From NCBI GenBank assembly GCA_965242965.1, contig OZ251518.1, positions 2,272,001 to 2,336,000 on the forward strand: DNA of 64,000 nt, given 5' to 3'. The notes below the pieces were generated by a model. That model saw only the letters and a program-made list of their open reading frames with translations. It made no database searches and was not told the origin of the DNA. The position numbers and the translations under genes were made by a program. Source of the DNA: Candidatus Poribacteria bacterium (GTDB lineage: Bacteria; Poribacteria; WGA-4E; WGA-3G). Positions 58,138 to 64,000 of this stretch are shown in pieces. Each line of letters starts with the position of its first letter. The first letter of the stretch is position 1.

Positions 58138-60915
58138 CTACTTCCGAATCAGCATCTTCCTCGTCGCAGCGAAATCACCCGCGGTAAGGGTATAGAAATA
58201 GACACCGCTTGCCACAGGCTCATTCTGTTCGTTCCTACCATCCCAATACGCCGCACGGGCTTTGTCCTGATACACACCTGCGGGCAATTCCCCTAAATGC
58301 AGCGTGCGCACCAATTTTCCATCCGCTGCGTGGATGGAGACCATGGTTTTCGCCGGTTTTGCCAACTGATAGGGTATCCAGGTCTCCGGGTTAAACGGAT
58401 TCGGATAGTTGGGTAACAGTGCTGTCGCTCTCGGCATCAACGCTGCCATGAGGTGTTGGAGATAGAGGATGCCTTGTTGATAGTTTGGATCAGCGATGCC
58501 TGCTTTCACTCCTTGCGTCAGCCACTGCTGCACGTCTGCGGCGGAGAGTCCCTCCAAAGTTGCTGGCTGTTCTGGATGTAATGTAGGCGCGGCAGCCGCA
58601 TTCCCTATCTCATTGGCAGCTAAGACCAGGTCGACAATATCGACAATGTTATCCTCATTAATATCCGCCTCATTCTCGCCAGTTTCCCCAAAACGCGAGG
58701 CTATCAACACCAAATCCTGGATATTCAAGATGCCATCGCGATTTGCATCTCCCAGAATCTGGTCCGGTTCAACTGGAGTTATCTGTGCATTTTCAAGGCG
58801 CGGTGCGGACTTTTCCCCATCCGGTGCCACAAGGGATACCTGAGATAACGTCAGCATTGATGCTTTCACCTCAAGGACTTCAAACGTAACACTTGCAAGT
58901 TCTCCACTACCACTACGGGATTCAGCAAGCGCAGTGGCCGCCAGCGTGACACGGTTTCCATCCACGCTTAGCGGGATATGGAACGAACCCGCTGGTAGAT
59001 ATGCACCATAATTACCGCTAACATAGCGGAGTGCTGTCGTATCAAAAATCAGGTTTGCCTGATAGCCCGCGACGTTCTCTCCATCAACAATACCGAGAGT
59101 CACTGTGAGTTCTTCCCCCACGGCGGGTGACTGCACGACAGCAGGCATGACACGCACGACAGTGTCGGTTGAAGTTGACTCCGTTGGAGTGGGCTCACTT
59201 GAAATCAAGACTGTTGAATCGGAAACAGCCCACACAAACACCTGATTATCCCAACTGGAACTCGCGAGTTGCGTGCCATCATTATTGAAGACAAGATATT
59301 CCGTAATGCCGTCTTCAGGCCATGTGAACGTTTTGAGTAATTCTCCAGAGACTACATGCCAGAGCCGCACTTCACCATAACTGCCACTTGCCAGCAATGT
59401 CCCATCGGGACTGAAGGCAAGGCTGCCAAGGGAGGTGTGCGCCATGAAAGTTTTCACTTGGGTAAGCGAGGCTATATCCCAAATGTTAACCGTACCATCC
59501 GTACGCCCATAAGCGACGAGGTTGCCGTGGGGATCGAGTGCCTCACTCCAGACGCTGTATCCCCCTTCATGGAAAGTGTGTAATTGTTTTGACACCGTAT
59601 CGTAAAGAAGGCCTCTTTGTCCAAAATTCCCGTTGCCATGCGCGGCGATTTTCGTGCTATCATGCCCGAAGGTGAAAGCATGGATGGTATCGTCTGGAAA
59701 CCTGACAATCTCTGGCGGTTCACTAAACGTAATATCGGAGAGGTAGATTTGGTTTCCATGGGCACTCGCGAGTATGTTACCAGGCCCAAAATCACAGGCT
59801 TCAAAACCGCCCCATATCCTGGGTAGCGAAAGGTCGCGGAGCCGATCTCCAGAATCGACATCCCAGAGATAAACTTCTACGCCACTCATGGTTGCCAGCG
59901 TCCTACCGTCTTCGCTGAAGGACACTCCACCTACGGCACCGTCGTGGCCTTCCAAAGTTTTTTGCAGCGTCCTTGAACTCGTATCCCAGAGATCCGTTTT
60001 TCCGAAATCACCAATGGCTAGCAGGTTCCTAACGGTTGGGCTGAAATCAATGCCAGCACGGCCCGCTTTGTTTTCAAAACGAGCGATAGCACCTTCGGGT
60101 AGTGACGGATCTTGCGCTAATTCGGTTGAAGTTAACTCCATTGGAGTGGGCTCACTAGCTGTCAAGAACCCAGCCATACCGACATCCATGCTCTCTTTCA
60201 CTTCGTCAGCAGAGAGTGCACGGTTCCAGAGACGCACCTCATCAACCAGACCCGGCCATGTCTCAATCCAACCCACACCCAGCCATGCCTCCCCAGACCA
60301 GGTGCCGATCTGGAGCTGGTTCGTCGTCCTCGCAGGCGCGACAGGATTGTTAGTCTCCACCGCGCCTGTCAATTCTCCATCAACGTAAATCTTCACCAAC
60401 CCGTTGTTGGCGGAGGTATGCGTATAGGCGAGATAATACCACTTGCCGGTATCCAATGCAGTTGCGTTATCAATGACATCCACGAACCCGCCGCCGGCAC
60501 CATTCGTCCAAACCTTCAGGCGGTTGGCGGGGTCCATGCCGAAGCCGAAGCCGATGTGTCTGCCAACGCCGCCCGAGCGGGTGCCGAAGATAATCGCGTG
60601 CGCACTCGGTAACCGCGTGAGATTCACCCACGCCGCCTGCGTGATGGCATCTTCGATGTGAAACGCCGCGTCATCTTCAACCGCGACGAAATCCGCAGGA
60701 GCAGCGAATTCAAGTGCATTCCCGAATTTGCCATCTACCCACTTCGCATTACCGTTGATCTCCCCGGTGAACCCGTTTTCCGAGAAGTCTTCGGTACTCG
60801 TCCCCGTGCCTTCGTCAAGGGGCATGTAAAGCACGAGCCCATCCATCAAATCCGCGGCCGCATAAGTGCAGCAGGCCACGGCAAAAATTAGCGTCAGCAA
60901 CAAATATTTCATCAA
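58138..60915 (-). CDS. Secreted LamG + WD40 + cohesin + dockerin + FlgD-Ig multidomain protein
   Basis: Signal peptide; GKFGNALEF...GLVDEVRLWNRALS LamG; AFSPDG.LLASG WD40; VAGYQ..L.FD cohesin; DANRDGILNIQDL; NYPNPFNPETW tail. Confidence 0.9.
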   Translation of the reverse strand: MMKYLLLTLIFAVACCTYAAADLMDGLVLYMPLDEGTGTSTEDFSENGFTGEINGNAKWVDGKFGNALEFAAPADFVAVEDDAAFHIEDAITQAAWVNLTRLPSAHAIIFGTRSGGVGRHIGFGFGMDPANRLKVWTNGAGGGFVDVIDNATALDTGKWYYLAYTHTSANNGLVKIYVDGELTGAVETNNPVAPARTTNQLQIGTWSGEAWLGVGWIETWPGLVDEVRLWNRALSADEVKESMDVGMAGFLTASEPTPMELTSTELAQDPSLPEGAIARFENKAGRAGIDFSPTVRNLLAIGDFGKTDLWDTSSRTLQKTLEGHDGAVGGVSFSEDGRTLATMSGVEVYLWDVDSGDRLRDLSLPRIWGGFEACDFGPGNILASAHGNQIYLSDITFSEPPEIVRFPDDTIHAFTFGHDSTKIAAHGNGNFGQRGLLYDTVSKQLHTFHEGGYSVWSEALDPHGNLVAYGRTDGTVNIWDIASLTQVKTFMAHTSLGSLAFSPDGTLLASGSYGEVRLWHVVSGELLKTFTWPEDGITEYLVFNNDGTQLASSSWDNQVFVWAVSDSTVLISSEPTPTESTSTDTVVRVMPAVVQSPAVGEELTVTLGIVDGENVAGYQANLIFDTTALRYVSGNYGAYLPAGSFHIPLSVDGNRVTLAATALAESRSGSGELASVTFEVLEVKASMLTLSQVSLVAPDGEKSAPRLENAQITPVEPDQILGDANRDGILNIQDLVLIASRFGETGENEADINEDNIVDIVDLVLAANEIGNAAAAPTLHPEQPATLEGLSAADVQQWLTQGVKAGIADPNYQQGILYLQHLMAALMPRATALLPNYPNPFNPETWIPYQLAKPAKTMVSIHAADGKLVRTLHLGELPAGVYQDKARAAYWDGRNEQNEPVASGVYFYTLTAGDFAATRKMLIRK

Positions 60916-61094
60916 TCATGTTTCTCCTATTGGAATTGTGATGGAAAGATGATAACAGAAACCGCGTAGGTTTGTCAAGTTTTTGTCATTTGAGATTTGA
61001 CAACTCAAATGACATACCGTCCCACTCTAAAGAGCCGTTCTTCTCCCTTGTGCTATGTTCGGCAGGGCTGCAGTGCCATCGCCATGAACTTCCT

Positions 61095-61330
61095 AATCTT
61101 GCTCATCTTGGAAATCCTGAAAATCCTGCTAATCTTGTAAATCCTGATTCAGACAAGTGGCATGGCGAGGGACAGGCCCGCGCTCTACGGTGAAAGGGGA
61201 TGTTCTTGAACTAAAAAACCCTCCCGTTACCGTAGCGCGGGGGCCTGTCCCCCGCGAACGTTCGGTAACCCGATACACGGCGAGGGACAAGCCCTCGCCC
61301 TACGGTAAATAGGCGATAGGCGCGCTCGCA
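61095..61330. repeat. AATC(C/T)TG 9-nt-period repeat followed by a REP cluster
   Basis: AATCTTGCTCATCTTGGAAATCCTGAAAATCCTGCTAATCTTGTAAATCCTGATTCAGACA, then GCGAGGGACAGGCCC.CGC units. Confidence 0.75.
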
Positions 61331-61384
61331 ACGCGCAACTACCGCGATGGATAACGAAAATTCCGAGAAAAGGTTAACTTTAGG

Positions 61385-61413
61385 TTGACATCCGAGTTGT
61401 TTTGTGGTATTCT
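61385..61413 (+). promoter_or_regulatory. sigma70 promoter
   Basis: TTGACA-17-TATTCT with extended TG. Confidence 0.6.
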
Positions 61414-61462
61414 ATATAGAGGCATTCACTTACGATACAGCCTTAACACAAGAGGAGAAAAA

Positions 61463-61876
61463 ATGCGACACACAACTGAAATCAAACTCGCCAATCTAGC
61501 AGACCTGGTTTTGGCAAAGAGAGGTGTTATTAATCCCGAAGAAGTTCGGCGCGTCACCGTCACAGACGCACTGGTTGATACAGGAGCTTCTCGGTTATGC
61601 TTACCGAAACCGATTATCGAACTACTCGGACTGAGTCCTGTCGGAAGGGTGAACTCACTTACCGCTAATGGCAGCGTCACCCGCACTGTTTATGCCGAGG
61701 TCGAATTCACCATCTTGGAACGGACAGAATCCATTCGGGTGACAGATCTGCCCGCGAACGCGCCTGTTCTCGTCGGACACATCATTCTGGAAAAACTGGA
61801 TCTCCATCTTCACATCAAGAAGGGGTTAATCTATAATCCAGACCACGGTGATGAATGGATTGAGGAAGCATGGTAA
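61463..61876 (+). CDS. Clan AA (retropepsin-like) aspartyl protease
   Basis: ALVDTGAS...LGL...TANG...VLVG..ILEKLDL; SD GAGGAG. Confidence 0.8.
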   Translation: MRHTTEIKLANLADLVLAKRGVINPEEVRRVTVTDALVDTGASRLCLPKPIIELLGLSPVGRVNSLTANGSVTRTVYAEVEFTILERTESIRVTDLPANAPVLVGHIILEKLDLHLHIKKGLIYNPDHGDEWIEEAW

Positions 61877-61982
61877 GCGGCATAGCGAGGGACAGGCCCA
61901 CGCCCTACGGGAATGAACAGAACAAGGCATGGCGAGGGACAGGCCCACGCCCTACGAAAATGGACAGAGCAAGGATTTGCTC

Positions 61983-64000
61983 CTACCGCAAAATCGCCAA
62001 TTTCCCGACCTGCTCCACTCGGCCCTCTTCTGTCTGCGCGATGACACGATAGAGATAAACGCCGTTTGCACAGCGGACACCCGTTTCATCGCGGCCGTCC
62101 CATTCGGTTTCATTCGTGCCGCGGCGGGCACTCGCATCGAATAAGGTGCGGATGAGCCTGCCCGCGACGGTGTAAATTTTGATACTCACCGTATCCGGCG
62201 GCTGCGCAAGGTAATAGGTGAACGAGGTTCTACCATCAGGTGTCGGATTCGGGACGTTGAAGACATCGCGGAGTGACACCGCCTCATTTAAGGTGAAGGC
62301 TACCGTCAACTCCGCCGTGTTTTGACTCGTATCGGCGGCGGTGATGTGGAGGTGATAGTCGCCGTTCACCAAATCTAGCGCGAAGGTGACGTTCGCTGTT
62401 GTCGGGGCGGCGGCATCAAATTGGAACACATAAGCATCGGCATCCAACTGCGCGGGTTGTTCATAGACTTCGCTTAAGGCGAGACTGAAGGTGGTATCGT
62501 CAATCGCACCATCGTCGGTGAGGCTGATGTCAAAGCGCGGTTGCTCGGTTAACACGGCACCATCAGTAAAAAGCAGCGGCGGTTCATCGGAATCCGGGTC
62601 CGTGGCGACAATCTGAATCTCAATGTCAGGTGATGTGATGTCCGGCTCTTCCGTGACGAAAAAGCGGTAGGTGATACCGTCCTCCTCGCCGCCGAGGGGA
62701 TTGCCGTTGAAGTCCTGCGCGCGGATTTCAAACGTCCATTCACCGGGGAATAAGAGCGGTTTGTAGTCGATCGGCACGGAATAGATGCCGCTCTCCGCGC
62801 GGCGGTGGTATCCCGTTGGAGAATCGAGCCCGGAGCCTACTGGGGTATCGGGACCCGAGGTCCCTCCTACCGGAGAATCGAGATCCGAGCCTACTGGAGT
62901 ATCGGGACCCGAGGTCTTTCCTACTGGGATAGGTTCAAACTCCGCGCCATCTTTTCGTCTGGCAAGCGTGAGCGTCTCAAGATCGATGCCGTTTGCGTCT
63001 TCGATGAGCATGGAGATAGTAGGCCGCGGCGGAATTACACTGCCGGTTTGCGGCTGGATGCCGTCCACCCAGATCTGAAAAGAGGGCGGCGTGGCATCGG
63101 TGCTGCGCATCAGCGCGAAGTGGGTAAGCTCCCGCACCTCCGCTGTAATCGTGCCGACGCGGGCACTGCTGAATTTAATTTTATCGCCAAACTGAAAATG
63201 CTCGGTGCTATTGTTCACCAGAATTTCAAGCCCGAGGTGACTCAAGAAGAGGTTCTCACCGAGTTTTCCGCGCACCTGAACACCGTTCGGCAGATGCACC
63301 GGATCCGTCGCCGCGTCCCGAATCTCATAATTCTCCGGACCGGTGAAGAAGATGAACCAATCGCCTACCTCAAATTCTGCCTTCTGACCGAGGCGGGTGT
63401 TAACGCTAGCACTGCCGTTCCCGACGTTCGCATTGCGCGTATTGACGAGAATGACATCCCCCTGCGGGTCATAGTCAGTCTCAAACGCTAGCACATCGGC
63501 AAACTCAAAGGCGAAGTTTGGTCCCAGCGGCGTGCTTTCTTTGCCTGGAATCAGTAATTCTAAACCGAACACCTCTTCTCGAAAGGGGATGTCCAGTTGT
63601 CCCGCCTTATCCAATTTCTGGATGAGTGCCTCGCCTTTCCTCTTCAAAAACACCTCATACTGCGAGGCATCCAAAAACAGCACCACCCAACTTCCCGCTG
63701 GCGTGAGGTTTGGGTTGATGGTGATGTTATCCGCCGTGAGTTCTTGTTCGCTGGCGTTTTCTGTCTGGATAGGGGTGACGTAGTTTTCTAATAGAAAATC
63801 GGCAGGGGAATCGGGCTCCGAGTTCTCTCCTACTGGCGCATTGGGCCCCGAGGTTTCTCTTAAGGTAATTTGTGAGGGTAAACGTCGCCATGCGGAGGTA
63901 TCTGCCTGCCACGAATAAATCGCGAGTTGCGCCGCGATTTCAGCGACAGCCGCCTCAAACAGCGGTGTTTCCGGCCGGAGCTCTGTGCTTTCTCGCACGA
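61983..64000 (-). CDS. 3' part of a large secreted Ig-like repeat protein with FlgD-Ig C-terminus (partial)
   Basis: D.TPP repeats; NVPNP...IKIYTVAGRLIR...WDGRDETG...ANGVYLY; runs off window end. Confidence 0.8.
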   Translation of the reverse strand, partial: VRESTELRPETPLFEAAVAEIAAQLAIYSWQADTSAWRRLPSQITLRETSGPNAPVGENSEPDSPADFLLENYVTPIQTENASEQELTADNITINPNLTPAGSWVVLFLDASQYEVFLKRKGEALIQKLDKAGQLDIPFREEVFGLELLIPGKESTPLGPNFAFEFADVLAFETDYDPQGDVILVNTRNANVGNGSASVNTRLGQKAEFEVGDWFIFFTGPENYEIRDAATDPVHLPNGVQVRGKLGENLFLSHLGLEILVNNSTEHFQFGDKIKFSSARVGTITAEVRELTHFALMRSTDATPPSFQIWVDGIQPQTGSVIPPRPTISMLIEDANGIDLETLTLARRKDGAEFEPIPVGKTSGPDTPVGSDLDSPVGGTSGPDTPVGSGLDSPTGYHRRAESGIYSVPIDYKPLLFPGEWTFEIRAQDFNGNPLGGEEDGITYRFFVTEEPDITSPDIEIQIVATDPDSDEPPLLFTDGAVLTEQPRFDISLTDDGAIDDTTFSLALSEVYEQPAQLDADAYVFQFDAAAPTTANVTFALDLVNGDYHLHITAADTSQNTAELTVAFTLNEAVSLRDVFNVPNPTPDGRTSFTYYLAQPPDTVSIKIYTVAGRLIRTLFDASARRGTNETEWDGRDETGVRCANGVYLYRVIAQTEEGRVEQVGKLAILR

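Noticed and set aside
1-64000. tRNA, rRNA, riboswitch, reverse transcriptase or DGR, prophage
   Set aside because: None recognised by eye; a covariance-model scan (Rfam, tRNAscan-SE) would be needed to exclude small RNAs

Overview
GC-rich bacterial chromosome segment. The LamG/WD40/cohesin/dockerin proteins ending in a 'LLPNYPNPFNPETWIPYQL...WDGRN...SGVYFY' FlgD-Ig tail and a CotH-ankyrin protein suggest Candidatus Poribacteria; this assignment is inference. About 45 CDS are present. Housekeeping and metabolic genes (rpsU, purE, xylonate-type dehydratase, sulfatase, amidase, SDR, UPF0182) are mixed with many DNA-defence genes: a PabI-family restriction glycosylase plus MTase, a sacsin-type ATPase with a NucS-like nuclease, a RelE-toxin/HEPN-like fusion, a PLD-SNF2 helicase plus Eco57I-like MTase, and an MTase-Mrr fusion frameshifted in a poly-C tract inside its catalytic motif. 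The most striking signal is non-coding. A family of non-autonomous elements has 15-bp terminal inverted repeats (GAGGGTGTTTCATAA) and 8-10-bp target-site duplications, with 9 complete copies of 266-699 bp and 2 orphan ends. Their interiors are mix-and-match assemblies of GTAG-led REP-type hairpins. These elements sit in 5' UTRs or at stop codons, one supplies a new start codon to vanZ, and the same REP modules have been captured in frame inside several proteins. I saw no tRNA, rRNA, CRISPR array, transposase or integrase.
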